Part shown: positions 15,499-24,382 of the stretch, piece after piece | Layout of the letters: each line of letters starts with the position of its first letter | Numbering within the stretch: the first letter of the stretch is position 1 | Origin: Acidimicrobiales bacterium | Lineage (GTDB): Bacteria > Actinomycetota > Acidimicrobiia > Acidimicrobiales > SZUA-35 | Reading direction: 5' to 3' | Length of the DNA stretch: 64,000 bases | Assembly: GCA_047974625.1 (NCBI GenBank) | Contig: JBKECK010000068.1 | Span: 68,714-132,713 of the forward strand | Made by a program: the position numbers and the translations under genes | The notes under the pieces: generated by a model | Seen by the model: the letters and a program-made list of their open reading frames with translations, nothing else | Told to the model about the DNA's origin: nothing | The model's database searches: none

Positions 15499-16230
15499 AT
15501 GGTTCGATCGCGACAGACTTGGCGGTACAAGGTCGCCGACCCCGATCGGCCCCTTCGGCTGGGCCAGCGGGCCACGGTGAACCCGTGGCAGCGTGGTGTC
15601 CTGCTCCGACGGGGGAAGCTGATCGGTGAGGTCGGCCCGGGTTCGTTCCGATGCTGGCGAACCGGAACCGTACTGCGTCGGGTCGACACCCGGCCCTCGG
15701 TAGTGACCGTCCGGGGCCAGGAGATGTACACCGCCGACGGGGTATCGGTGAAGGCCACTGCGACGGCGCTGGTGCGGATCGTCGACGTCACCGAGCACAT
15801 CACCGGAACCGGCGACCCCCAGGAGGTGCTCCACCTCGCGGTGCAACTGGCCCTCCGGCAGGTGACCAACGCCCGCACTGTCGATGAGCTCCTTGAGCAG
15901 CGGGCCGGGCTCGGCGCCGAGCTCAGCGGCGCCCTGGGCGACCTGACCGGGACCGGCGCCGTGGTGGACCATGCGGACGTGAAGGACCTGGTGCTTCCCG
16001 CCGACCTGCGGCGGGCCCAGGTGGAGGTGCTGGTGGCCCGGGCCTCCGGTCGGGCCGCCCTCGAGCGGGCCCGGGGCGAGACCGCCGCCCTGCGCAACCT
16101 GACCAACGCGGCCCGGCTCCTGGCCGACCAACCGGCCCTGCTCCAGCTCCGAGCCCTGGACCACTCCGACACCACCACCGTGGTGGTCGGCCTGCCGGAC
16201 ACCCCGGTGGCCGTCAAGCCCACCCCCTAG
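15499..16230 (+). CDS. SPFH/Band 7 (stomatin/prohibitin-like) domain protein
   Basis: ATG 15499 is preceded by GAAGGAGG with a 5-nt spacer. The SPFH core is visible (DGVSVKATATALVRIVD...ADVKDLVLPADLRRAQ...AALERARGETAALRNL). Confidence 0.7.
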   Translation: MVRSRQTWRYKVADPDRPLRLGQRATVNPWQRGVLLRRGKLIGEVGPGSFRCWRTGTVLRRVDTRPSVVTVRGQEMYTADGVSVKATATALVRIVDVTEHITGTGDPQEVLHLAVQLALRQVTNARTVDELLEQRAGLGAELSGALGDLTGTGAVVDHADVKDLVLPADLRRAQVEVLVARASGRAALERARGETAALRNLTNAARLLADQPALLQLRALDHSDTTTVVVGLPDTPVAVKPTP

Positions 16231-16372
16231 AGACCGGAGCCGGTGGGGGTCGCTCCGGTATCGTCGGGGCGGCCCACCAGCGACGGATGGAGGCCGGTTC
16301 GCGCCGGTCGCCCGGCCCCGATCCGGGCGGGGACGTTGCGAACGATGGCGCCCCCGTTCCTGCGATACCGGG

Positions 16373-17359
16373 TCAGGGCGTGACCACCAGGCGGCCGACG
16401 ACGGTGCGGGCCTCGAGAGCGGCCAGAGCTCCGGGCACCTCGTCCAACGACAAGGTGCCCGCCACATCGGGGTCGATGCGCCCGGCCCGGTGGAGGGCGA
16501 GCAGATCGGCGTGGGCGGCCTCGATCACCGCCCGACCACCATGCTCCACGTAAGCCCCCCAGTGGAGACCGAGAACGGCATAGTTCTTGACCAGCACATG
16601 GTTGGCCGGGTAGCTGGGGATCCCGCCGGAGGCGAAGCCGACGACGACGAGGCGCCCCTCCCAGGCCATGACGCGACGGGTCGTCTCGCCGACGGATCCA
16701 CCGACCGGGTCGAAGGCGACGTCGACCCCTCGGCCTCCGGTCAGGTCCAGGACCTGCGCTCGCAGATCACCCTGGCGGGAGTCGAGCACATGGTCGGCCC
16801 CCAGGTCACGGCAATGGGCCCGCTTGATGTCGCTCCCGGCGGTGGCGATGACCCTCGCCCCGGCCGCCACCCCGAGCTGCACCGCCGCGGCGCCGACACC
16901 GCTGGAGGCGCCGTGGACGAGGAGCCACTCACCCTCGCGGAGCGCGGCCCGGTGGTGGAGCCCCACGTGGGCGGTCTGGAAGGTCGAGTACAGGACGGTG
17001 GCCGTCACGGGCGGAACGTCGTTGGGAACGACCAGGGCGGTAGGCGCCCGCACCAGGGCCTGCTCGGCGTAGCCGCCCGCCGGGAGGGCGGCCATCCCGG
17101 CCACCCGGGTCCCGACGGCGAGACCGACCCCGGGGCCGACGGCCTCCACCACCCCCGAGGTCTCCAGCCCGGGGGTGAAGGGCACTTCGGGCCGGTCCTG
17201 GTAGACGCCCTGGCACAGCAGGATGTCGGCGAAGTTGACGTTGCCGGCCTCGACCCGGATCCGGACCTCGTCGGGGCCGGGCTCGGGCCCGGGCAGGTCC
17301 TCCACCAGCCGGAGCGACACCGACGGGTGCCCCAACTCCTCCACACGCCACGCTCGCAC
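16373..17359 (-). CDS. NADPH:quinone oxidoreductase / zeta-crystallin-type MDR
   Basis: VRIRVEAGNVNFADILLCQGVYQ..PEVPFTPGLETSGVVEAVG, with nucleotide loop VHGASSGVGAAAVQLG. Likely start is GTG 17359 after GGGGAG. Confidence 0.75.
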   Translation of the reverse strand: MRAWRVEELGHPSVSLRLVEDLPGPEPGPDEVRIRVEAGNVNFADILLCQGVYQDRPEVPFTPGLETSGVVEAVGPGVGLAVGTRVAGMAALPAGGYAEQALVRAPTALVVPNDVPPVTATVLYSTFQTAHVGLHHRAALREGEWLLVHGASSGVGAAAVQLGVAAGARVIATAGSDIKRAHCRDLGADHVLDSRQGDLRAQVLDLTGGRGVDVAFDPVGGSVGETTRRVMAWEGRLVVVGFASGGIPSYPANHVLVKNYAVLGLHWGAYVEHGGRAVIEAAHADLLALHRAGRIDPDVAGTLSLDEVPGALAALEARTVVGRLVVTP

Positions 17360-17413
17360 CGTCTTCGCTCCCCCGCCTGGTCTCCCCAACCAGCGTCAGA
17401 TTAGCCTGCCGCC

Positions 17414-18541
17414 ATGGGTCCGCTCTCTGGGGTGAAGCTCGTCGAGCTGTTCTGCATCGGTCCCGGACCCTTCGCCGGGATGCTGCTGTCCGACATGGGG
17501 GCCGACATCATCCTGGTCGACCGGGCCGTCGAGCCCAAACTCGGCTACCCGGATCACCCCTACCGCTTCCTGTACCGCAACCGCCGCTCGGTCACCGCGG
17601 ATCTCAAGACCGAGGCCGGCCGCGAGGCTGTCCTGACGCTGGTCGAGCAGGCCGACGGACTGATCGAGGGGTTCCGGCCGGGCGTGGCCGAACGGCTGGG
17701 GCTGGGGCCCGACGAGTGCCTGGCCCGCAACCCCCGCCTCGTCTACGGCCGGATGACCGGTTACGGCCAGGAGGGCCCGCTGGCCGCACGGGCCGGCTTC
17801 GACCTCAACTATCTCTCCCTCACCGGGGCCCTGTGGGCGATCGGCGAAGCCGACCGGCCCCCGGTTCCGCCCCTCATCCTGGCCGGCGATCTCGGCGGGG
17901 GTGGGGCCTTCCTCGCCCTGGGCATGCTCGGCGCCCTGTTCGAGGCCCGACGCTCGGGACGCGGCCAGGTGGTGGACGCCGCCATCGTCGACGGGGCCGC
18001 CAACCTGATGGCCTACGTCTACGGCAACCTCCAGGGTGGAACCTGGGCCCACGAGCGCCAGGCGAACCTGATCGACGGGGGCGACTGGCGCTACGCCGTC
18101 TACCGCTGCTCCGACGGTGGCTTCGTGTCACTGGCCGTCATCCAGGGCAGATTCCTCCACAACTTCCTGACCAAGGCCGGGGTCGAGCCACCCGCCGACC
18201 TCGGCGATCCGGATGACCGGTCGAACTGGCCGGGCTACCGGGCCTGGATGGCCGACGTCATCGCCGCCCGCACCCGCGATCAGTGGGTGGATCTGTTCGA
18301 CGGTGACGACGACTGCGTCCAGCCCGTGCTCGACCTGCACGAGGCCCCCCATCATCCCCACCACCGGGCCCGGGGCTCGTTCGTCGAGGTCGACGGCACC
18401 ACCCAACCGGCTCCCGCTCCCCGGTTCAGCCGGACCCGGTCGACGGTCGCGCGGCGCAGCCCCCGCCCCGGAGAGGGTGGGCGAGAAGCCCTCGCCGACT
18501 GGGGCATCGATCCGGCCGACGTGCCCGGCCTGGGCTGCTGA
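17414..18541 (+). CDS. CoA-transferase family III protein (CaiB/BaiF; alpha-methylacyl-CoA racemase-like)
   Basis: N-terminus GPLSGVKLVELFCIGPGPFAGMLLSDMGADIILVDR, then GFRPGVAERLGLGPDE; both are typical family III motifs. Confidence 0.8.
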   Translation: MGPLSGVKLVELFCIGPGPFAGMLLSDMGADIILVDRAVEPKLGYPDHPYRFLYRNRRSVTADLKTEAGREAVLTLVEQADGLIEGFRPGVAERLGLGPDECLARNPRLVYGRMTGYGQEGPLAARAGFDLNYLSLTGALWAIGEADRPPVPPLILAGDLGGGGAFLALGMLGALFEARRSGRGQVVDAAIVDGAANLMAYVYGNLQGGTWAHERQANLIDGGDWRYAVYRCSDGGFVSLAVIQGRFLHNFLTKAGVEPPADLGDPDDRSNWPGYRAWMADVIAARTRDQWVDLFDGDDDCVQPVLDLHEAPHHPHHRARGSFVEVDGTTQPAPAPRFSRTRSTVARRSPRPGEGGREALADWGIDPADVPGLGC

Positions 18542-18608
18542 GCTCCCGACCGGTCATTGTTTCCGGTCGCGGGCCCGGACGACGAGGTCGGGGTCGCGCT
18601 CGCCAGGA

Positions 18609-19235
18609 TCAGACGACGGGCAGGTCGACGAGCTGACCGACGGTGAACGCCACCAACACCCCGGCCATCGTCAGCAGGGCCAGCTGCACGGCACGGGACC
18701 GGAACGAGCTCGTGACCCCAGCGAAGAACAGGGCGCCGGCCAGGACGAGGGTGAGCACGATGTACCGGTCGGCCACCTGGCCGGCGTCGCCGGCCTCGTT
18801 CGCCGCCGCGTCGGAGGCCGCCATCGCCTCCTCGTAGCCGGCGAGCTGGCCGGCGAGGTAGTCCTCGTCGGTGAGGAGCGACCCGAGCCGGGAGTCCCCG
18901 GCCTCGGCCGTCGAGGCCCACTCGTCGAGCACGGGCACGAACTCCGGTCGGGCGAGGACGTTACGGTAGAAGTTCTGGAGATCGACGTCTCCGTTGACGT
19001 ACGCCTCGGCGTAGGCCGAGGCGATGCTGGAGTCGTAGGCGACGGTCTGGGTTCCGAACGAGAACAACCGGGTCGCTTCCACCCGGTCGTCGGTCGACTC
19101 CCGGGCCAGGGTCGCCTCCTCCCCGTTCCACCTGGTCGACTGGTAGGCGCACCAGGCCGACGCCACGGTGGACAGGGCCAGCAACACGACGGCCATGACC
19201 TCGATGAGGCGGCTGTCACGTTCCGATCGGCTCAC
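18609..19235 (-). CDS. Hypothetical membrane protein (one N-terminal and two C-terminal TM segments)
   Basis: Coding-looking composition. The 4-nt start/stop overlap with the upstream SPFH gene suggests co-translation. Confidence 0.5.
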   Translation of the reverse strand: MSRSERDSRLIEVMAVVLLALSTVASAWCAYQSTRWNGEEATLARESTDDRVEATRLFSFGTQTVAYDSSIASAYAEAYVNGDVDLQNFYRNVLARPEFVPVLDEWASTAEAGDSRLGSLLTDEDYLAGQLAGYEEAMAASDAAANEAGDAGQVADRYIVLTLVLAGALFFAGVTSSFRSRAVQLALLTMAGVLVAFTVGQLVDLPVV

Positions 19236-20215
19236 GACGCGGCCTCGTCGACCTCGGCCGGATCCTCGGCGGCCGCGGGGGTTGGTTCCACCCGGCGGGC
19301 CACCGGATCACCGATGCCCGGCCAGGCCAGGGGCAACTGTCCCTTGCCGTCCCACCGGTCCACGTACTCCCGCCAGGCCTCAATCTGCAGGTACCGCACC
19401 GCGGTATCGTCGAGGGCACCGGTCAGCTTGCGGGCCTGGGCGATCTCGTGATCCACCCGGGCCTGGCGGATCGCCGCCCGGGCCTCCTCCCGTTGGAGTT
19501 CGAGCTGGACCCGGCTCGTGTCGCGGATCACCATCCCGGACGGGCCCAGATCGACGTCGCGCAGCCCGAACAGGGTGACGGCGATGCCCCGGCCGGCCAG
19601 ACGCTCGGTGACCACGGTGGACAGACGCCGCTCGAGCTCCCGTCGGGCCGGGCCGTGGACGTTGGCCGAGGTCACCTCACCGCCTTCGAGCAGTTCCACC
19701 ACGGCCTGGGTGGCGAAGTCCCGGGCCAGGCGACCGACGCCGTCGGGGCCGACGTGCTCGTGTACGTCGAACAACATGTCCGGGTCGATCCGGTACCGCA
19801 TGACGCACGAGACCCGGGCCGCGGCCCCGTCGGCCAGATCGACGTTGACCGGTGGGCCGTCGGCCTGGTCGTCGTCGGACGCCAGGGAGGACACGTCCCG
19901 TAGGGAGTCGATCTCGATGGTCTGCCGCCGGTAGGGCCACACATAGTGCACCCCGGGCCGTAATGCCTCCTGGCGGGCCTGACCCCGGGCGATCAGCAGG
20001 CCGGCGTGGCCGGATTCGATCTGGACCCGGGCCTCCTGACGGTACAGCCAGAACAGCACAGCCAGGAGCGGCAGCAAGATGACGGCGGTGACGACGTAGG
20101 GCACGATGGGCTCCCTGGGTCTCGGAACGGTTCGGCTCGGCAACGGCGGAGCCTTCGAGAGAGTAGCCACGGGCGGCACCGGTGGATCAGGGTGCGGGGC
20201 GGGACGGGCGGTCAC
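19232..20215 (-). CDS. SPFH/Band 7 domain membrane protein
   Basis: An N-terminal TM (VVTAVILLPLLAVLFWLY) is followed by an SPFH core and a coiled-coil-like tail (QLELQREEARAAIRQARVDHEIAQARKL). The exact start is uncertain. Confidence 0.65.
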   Translation of the reverse strand: MTARPAPHPDPPVPPVATLSKAPPLPSRTVPRPREPIVPYVVTAVILLPLLAVLFWLYRQEARVQIESGHAGLLIARGQARQEALRPGVHYVWPYRRQTIEIDSLRDVSSLASDDDQADGPPVNVDLADGAAARVSCVMRYRIDPDMLFDVHEHVGPDGVGRLARDFATQAVVELLEGGEVTSANVHGPARRELERRLSTVVTERLAGRGIAVTLFGLRDVDLGPSGMVIRDTSRVQLELQREEARAAIRQARVDHEIAQARKLTGALDDTAVRYLQIEAWREYVDRWDGKGQLPLAWPGIGDPVARRVEPTPAAAEDPAEVDEAAS

Positions 20216-20283
20216 GACGGCCCGTCCCCCACCATGATCCGGAACGGCTGGTGCAACCCCTACCGGCCCTGGACAATGAGATC

Positions 20284-21225
20284 ATGCCTGCCTGCTGCGG
20301 ACCCTCCCGAGCCACCGACGGAGATTCGGCCACACCCGTGGACGGTGTCGGGACCGGCGGACGTCGGGCGGGGCCGGCCGGGCTGGACATGGTCGATCTC
20401 CCCGGCGGAGAGTTCACCATGGGCACCTCCGACCCGAACGGGTACCCGAGCGACGGGGAGGGGCCCGAGCACCCCGTCGAGGTATCGCCCTTCTCGATCG
20501 CCCGGGGCCCGGTCACCAACGATCAGTTCGGGTCCTTCGTCGACGCAACCGGTCACCGGACCACAGCCGAGCGGTTCGGCACCACCTTCGTGTTCGCCGG
20601 ACTGCTCCCGGACGACTTCCCCGAGACCAGGGCGGTCGCCGCGGCCCCATGGTGGCGCGAGGTGCTCGGCGCCGACTGGCGGCACCCCGAAGGTCCGCAG
20701 AGCGACATCTCATCGCGTGGCGACCATCCCGTTGTCCACGTGAGCTGGGACGACGCCGTGGCGTTCGGCCGCTGGAGCGGTACCCGGCTACCCACCGAGG
20801 CGGAGTGGGAGTATGCCGCCCGGGGTGGCCTCGCCGGCGTCCACTACCCGTGGGGCTCCGAGCGCGAACCCGACGGTGAGCACCGCATGAACGTGTTCCA
20901 GGGCCGGTTCCCCGCCCGGGACACCGGTGACGACGGCTGGGTCGGGACCTGCCCAGTCGGCTCGTTCCCACCCAACGGCTACGGCCTGCACGAGATGACT
21001 GGGAACGTGTGGGAGTGGTGCTCTGACTGGTTCGACCCGACCTACTACACCCGGTCACCCCGGGTGGACCCCCAAGGACCACCGGCCGGACCGGCCCGGA
21101 TCATGCGCGGCGGGTCGTACCTCTGCAACGAGAGCTACTGCTGGCGATACCGGGTCGACGCCCGCAGCACCAACACCCCCGACAGTACGACCGGCAACCT
21201 CGGCTTCCGCGTCGTCGTCGCCTGA
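20284..21225 (+). CDS. Formylglycine-generating enzyme (FGE/SUMF1) family protein
   Basis: GGEFTMGTSD...PEHPVEVSPFSIARGPVTNDQF..., HPVVHVSWDDAVAF..W.G.RLPTEAEWEYAARGG, GLHEMTGNVWEWCSDW, RIMRGGSYLC...YCWRYRVDAR. ATG 20284 avoids overlap with the convergent upstream gene. Confidence 0.85.
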   Translation: MPACCGPSRATDGDSATPVDGVGTGGRRAGPAGLDMVDLPGGEFTMGTSDPNGYPSDGEGPEHPVEVSPFSIARGPVTNDQFGSFVDATGHRTTAERFGTTFVFAGLLPDDFPETRAVAAAPWWREVLGADWRHPEGPQSDISSRGDHPVVHVSWDDAVAFGRWSGTRLPTEAEWEYAARGGLAGVHYPWGSEREPDGEHRMNVFQGRFPARDTGDDGWVGTCPVGSFPPNGYGLHEMTGNVWEWCSDWFDPTYYTRSPRVDPQGPPAGPARIMRGGSYLCNESYCWRYRVDARSTNTPDSTTGNLGFRVVVA

Positions 21226-21237
21226 CCGGCGACCGGC

Positions 21238-21292
21238 CCATCCTGTCGTCCAGGTGAGCTGGGACGACGCCGTGGCGGTCACCCGCCGGAGC
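21238..21292 (+). pseudogene. 55-nt duplicated fragment of the FGE gene (relic of a second copy)
   Basis: 21238-21292 aligns with 20724-20778 inside the FGE gene. This includes a 24-nt identical run gtgagctgggacgacgccgtggcg (20740-20763 = 21254-21277). It would encode HPVVQVSWDDAVAVTRRS versus HPVVHVSWDDAVAFGRWS. Confidence 0.7.
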
Positions 21293-22102
21293 TCAGGTGA
21301 AGCGGCCCCACGGGGCGGTGGGGCCGGCCGCGCCCCGGCCCGCGTCGAGCAGGGCCAGGAGCTCGGTCTTGCGAGCCACGAAATCGGGGTCGGTGACCAG
21401 CGACGGGTCACGGGGCCGGCGGGCGGGGTTGGTCACCGAACCGATGAGGGTGCCGGGCCGGGCCGACATCACGTACACCGTGTCGGACAGATAGAGGGCC
21501 TCCTCCACGTCGTGGGTGATGAGCAGGGCGCTCCGGGTTCCCCGGTCGGTCACCCACAGGTGCTGCATCCAGTCCTGGAGGTCACGGCGGGTGATGGCGT
21601 CCAACGCCCCGAACGGCTCGTCGAGGGCCATCACCGGGGCGTCGGTAAGGTGGGTGCGGAGCAGGGCGAGGCGCTGCCGCATACCGCCGCTGAGCTGGGA
21701 TGGCCACGCCCGCTCGAACCCGGTGAGACCGAACCGGTCGAGCAGGCCGAGGGCCCGGTCCCGGGTGGCGGCCCGGTCGGCGCCGCCGATCACGGCTCCG
21801 AGGCAGGCGTTGTCGAGCACCCGTTTCCACGGGAGCAGTAGGTCCCGTTGGGCCATGTACCCCACCGTGGCGCCGGGCCGGGCCCAGGACCCGCCGCCGA
21901 TCACGGGGCGACCGGCCACCGTCACCGAACCCCGCTGGGGCACCAGCAGACCGGCCATGACCTTGAGCAGGGTGCTCTTGCCGCACCCCGACGGGCCGAC
22001 CACGCTGACGAACGCCCCGGCCGGGATGCTCAGCGACACGTCCCTCACCGCCCGGGTGGTGCCGTAGACGTGGCTCAGCCCGGTGATCTCGACTGCGTTC
22101 AC
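21293..22102 (-). CDS. ABC transporter ATP-binding protein (NitT/TauT-type)
   Basis: Walker A GPSGCGKST and signature LSGGMRQRL. GTG 22102 overlaps the TGA of the upstream binding-protein gene. Confidence 0.85.
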   Translation of the reverse strand: MNAVEITGLSHVYGTTRAVRDVSLSIPAGAFVSVVGPSGCGKSTLLKVMAGLLVPQRGSVTVAGRPVIGGGSWARPGATVGYMAQRDLLLPWKRVLDNACLGAVIGGADRAATRDRALGLLDRFGLTGFERAWPSQLSGGMRQRLALLRTHLTDAPVMALDEPFGALDAITRRDLQDWMQHLWVTDRGTRSALLITHDVEEALYLSDTVYVMSARPGTLIGSVTNPARRPRDPSLVTDPDFVARKTELLALLDAGRGAAGPTAPWGRFT

Positions 22103-23160
22103 CCGGGCAGGAACTCGTTGGTGAAGGCCGTGTCCACGTCGACGGGCTCGTCGAGCATGCCCGCCTCCACCAGGAAGTCGTTGAACGCCACCCACACCTC
22201 GCGGTCCTGATGGCCCCACTGGGGGGCGTCGAGGGCGTACTGCCCGGCGAGGTAGTCGGCGCTGGCCCTCACCAGCTCGGGGTCAAGCTCGGGAGCGCCG
22301 ACCAGGAGGGCGTCGGCGGCGGCCGACGGGCCGTCGATGGCTGCCTGGTACCCCTGGGCGGTGGCGGCCATGAAGGCCGAGACGAGTTCGGGATCGTCGG
22401 CGGCCAATTCGGTGCTGGTGATCAGGAGCGGGGTGTACCAGTCGGGGATGCAGTCGACATGATCGATGAAGGGGATGGTGACGACGTCGACGCCGGCCTG
22501 CTCCATGCGGATCTTGTCCCACCCGTCGAACACCCAGACGAAGTCGAAGGCGTCCGTCTCCAGCCCCACCCGGTAGTCGGTGTTGCCCACCTCCACATAG
22601 GTGACGTCGGACGGATCACCGCCCGAGCACGTCACCAGCCGGTCGATCAACGCACGCTCCAACTGGCCGCCGAACCCCCCGTAGGTCCGGCCGGGCAGGC
22701 TGGCCGGGCCGGTGATGCCGGACGAGGCCAGGGCCATCAGGCTCGAGGTGTTGTGCTGCACGATGGCGGCCACCGACACCACCGGAACCCCCTGCGCCTG
22801 GGCCGGGATCAGGGACTCCTGGACCGAGACCCCGAAGTCGGCGTGGCCGGTGGCCACCGCCTGGATCGACCCGGTGTCACCGGGCTGGATTATCTCCAGG
22901 TCGATCCCGGCCTCGTCGTAGTAGCCGGCCTCCTCGGCCAGGTAGATGCCCCCGTGGTTGGTGTTGGGGGTCCAGTCGAGGACCAGCGTGACGGTCCGCG
23001 ACCCGGGGTCGGACCCCGTCCCGGTGGCAGCAGCCGCCTCCCCGCCGGCGGCGTCGGCCGTTTCGGTCGAGGCGTCGCCGCCGCATGCGGCCAGGCCGAG
23101 CAGGCCGAGCACGGCGATGAGGATGGTGACGCGTCGGACGACACCACGGTGGTTGATCAT
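22099..23160 (-). CDS. NMT1/THI5-like (ThiY-type) ABC substrate-binding lipoprotein, probably for pyrimidine (HMP/FAMP) thiamine-precursor uptake
   Basis: Real start is ATG 23160 (MINHRGVVRRVTILIAVLGLLGLAAC, lipobox), overlapping the permease stop (ATGA). Core: VTLVLDWTPNTNHGGIYLAEEAGYYDEAGIDLEI. The operon is under a TPP riboswitch. Confidence 0.75.
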   Translation of the reverse strand: MINHRGVVRRVTILIAVLGLLGLAACGGDASTETADAAGGEAAAATGTGSDPGSRTVTLVLDWTPNTNHGGIYLAEEAGYYDEAGIDLEIIQPGDTGSIQAVATGHADFGVSVQESLIPAQAQGVPVVSVAAIVQHNTSSLMALASSGITGPASLPGRTYGGFGGQLERALIDRLVTCSGGDPSDVTYVEVGNTDYRVGLETDAFDFVWVFDGWDKIRMEQAGVDVVTIPFIDHVDCIPDWYTPLLITSTELAADDPELVSAFMAATAQGYQAAIDGPSAAADALLVGAPELDPELVRASADYLAGQYALDAPQWGHQDREVWVAFNDFLVEAGMLDEPVDVDTAFTNEFLPG

Positions 23161-23963
23161 GGGGGACCCTCTCTCTGTTCGGATGTCGAGGTGACGTAAC
23201 GCCACGGGGAAGCGAGGCGGGCCAGGGCCCCGATGACCAGGAACAGGGCGGTGGACAGGAGGGCGACGATGGTGACGGCCACGAACACCTGGTCGACCCG
23301 GAACGAGGCCTGGGAACGGCTGATGTAGATGCCCAGGCCGCGACTGGCTCCGGTCCACTCGGCGATGACGGCCCCGGCCACCGTGTAGGCGGCGGCGATG
23401 CGCAGCCCGTCGAACAGGGCGGGCAGGGCGTTGGGGATAAGCACGTTGGTGAGGACCTGGCGGCGCGACGCCCCCATCGAACGGAGTAGGTCTACCAGTT
23501 CGGGATCCGCGCTCATCAGGCCCCCGACGGTGGAGATGGCCACCGGGAAGAAGGTAACCATGGCCACCACCACCACCTTGGGAGTGAGTCCGAACCCGAA
23601 CCAGAGCACCAGCAGCGGGGCCATGATGATCATGGGGATGGTCTGGCTGGCCACCACGATCGGGTAGAGGACCCGGCGGGCCGGCGCAGATCCGGCGATG
23701 ATCACGGCTAGACCGACCCCGAGCACGGCGCCGACGGACAGGCCGAGCATCGCCTCACCCAGGGTGGCGAGCACGTGCTCGCCGAGCAGCTGGCGATCGA
23801 CGAGGAAGGCGGCCCAGATCTTCGAGGGCGGGGGCAGCAGGTAGCTGGGGGTGTCCCGCCACCGGACCCACACCTCCCACGCCACCGCCCCGGCGACGAG
23901 CGCGGCGATGGCCGGGAGTAGATCGAGGAGCCGCCGCGCCGCCGACGCGACGCGACGGTTCAC
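23157..23963 (-). CDS. ABC transporter permease (NitT/TauT-type)
   Basis: Polytopic, with the EAA-like loop region LLRSMGASRRQVLTNVLIPNALPALF. GTG 23963 overlaps the upstream stop (GTGA). Confidence 0.8.
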   Translation of the reverse strand: MNRRVASAARRLLDLLPAIAALVAGAVAWEVWVRWRDTPSYLLPPPSKIWAAFLVDRQLLGEHVLATLGEAMLGLSVGAVLGVGLAVIIAGSAPARRVLYPIVVASQTIPMIIMAPLLVLWFGFGLTPKVVVVAMVTFFPVAISTVGGLMSADPELVDLLRSMGASRRQVLTNVLIPNALPALFDGLRIAAAYTVAGAVIAEWTGASRGLGIYISRSQASFRVDQVFVAVTIVALLSTALFLVIGALARLASPWRYVTSTSEQREGPP

Positions 23964-24250
23964 GTCCGGAATTTGGCGGTGAGGGCCTGCATCGTGGTGG
24001 GCTCGGCGGAACGGTCGCCGATGCGGATACTGGTGATCACCCCGTCGGCTCCCGACCCGAGCCCGGCCTCGTGGGCGGCCCGGAGGGTGGCCCATACGAC
24101 GTCGGCGTCTCCCTCGAACGTGGTGCCGAGGGCGGTTACCTCGTAGGCCAGACCGCTCTTCTGCACCACCCCGATGGCTGCCTCGACGTGCTGGTACCGA
24201 TTCGCCTCGGTGCCCGATGGTGACGGTGAGACGTGGATCTCGGCGATCAT
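23960..24250 (-). CDS. MTH1187/YkoF-family thiamine-binding protein
   Basis: 96 aa, MIAEIHVSPSPSG...YQHVEAAIGVVQKSGLAYEVTALGTTFEGD. First gene after the TPP riboswitch, with ATG at 24250. Confidence 0.7.
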   Translation of the reverse strand: MIAEIHVSPSPSGTEANRYQHVEAAIGVVQKSGLAYEVTALGTTFEGDADVVWATLRAAHEAGLGSGADGVITSIRIGDRSAEPTTMQALTAKFRT

Positions 24251-24254
24251 GTGC

Positions 24255-24350
24255 GCTCCCTTCGCTGGCATTACCCAGATCAGGTCGGCGGGTCGACGAC
24301 GGTGACGGTCGTCCTCTCAGTTCGCGTGCCGCGAACTCCCCGGTGACGTG
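24255..24350 (-). promoter_or_regulatory. TPP (THI-box) riboswitch
   Basis: Minus strand reads CACCGGGGAGTTCGCGGCACGCGAACTGAGAGGACGACCGTCACCGTCGTCGACCCGCCGACCTGATCTGGGTAATGCCAGCGAAGGGAGC. This carries the conserved GGGG..CTGAGA...ACCC...ACCTGATCTGGGTAATGCCAGCGAAGGGA core. The GAAGGGAG at the 3' end doubles as the SD for ATG 24250. Confidence 0.9.
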
Positions 24351-24382
24351 GCGACGACGCTACGCAGGGCGGGGACCGCCCG

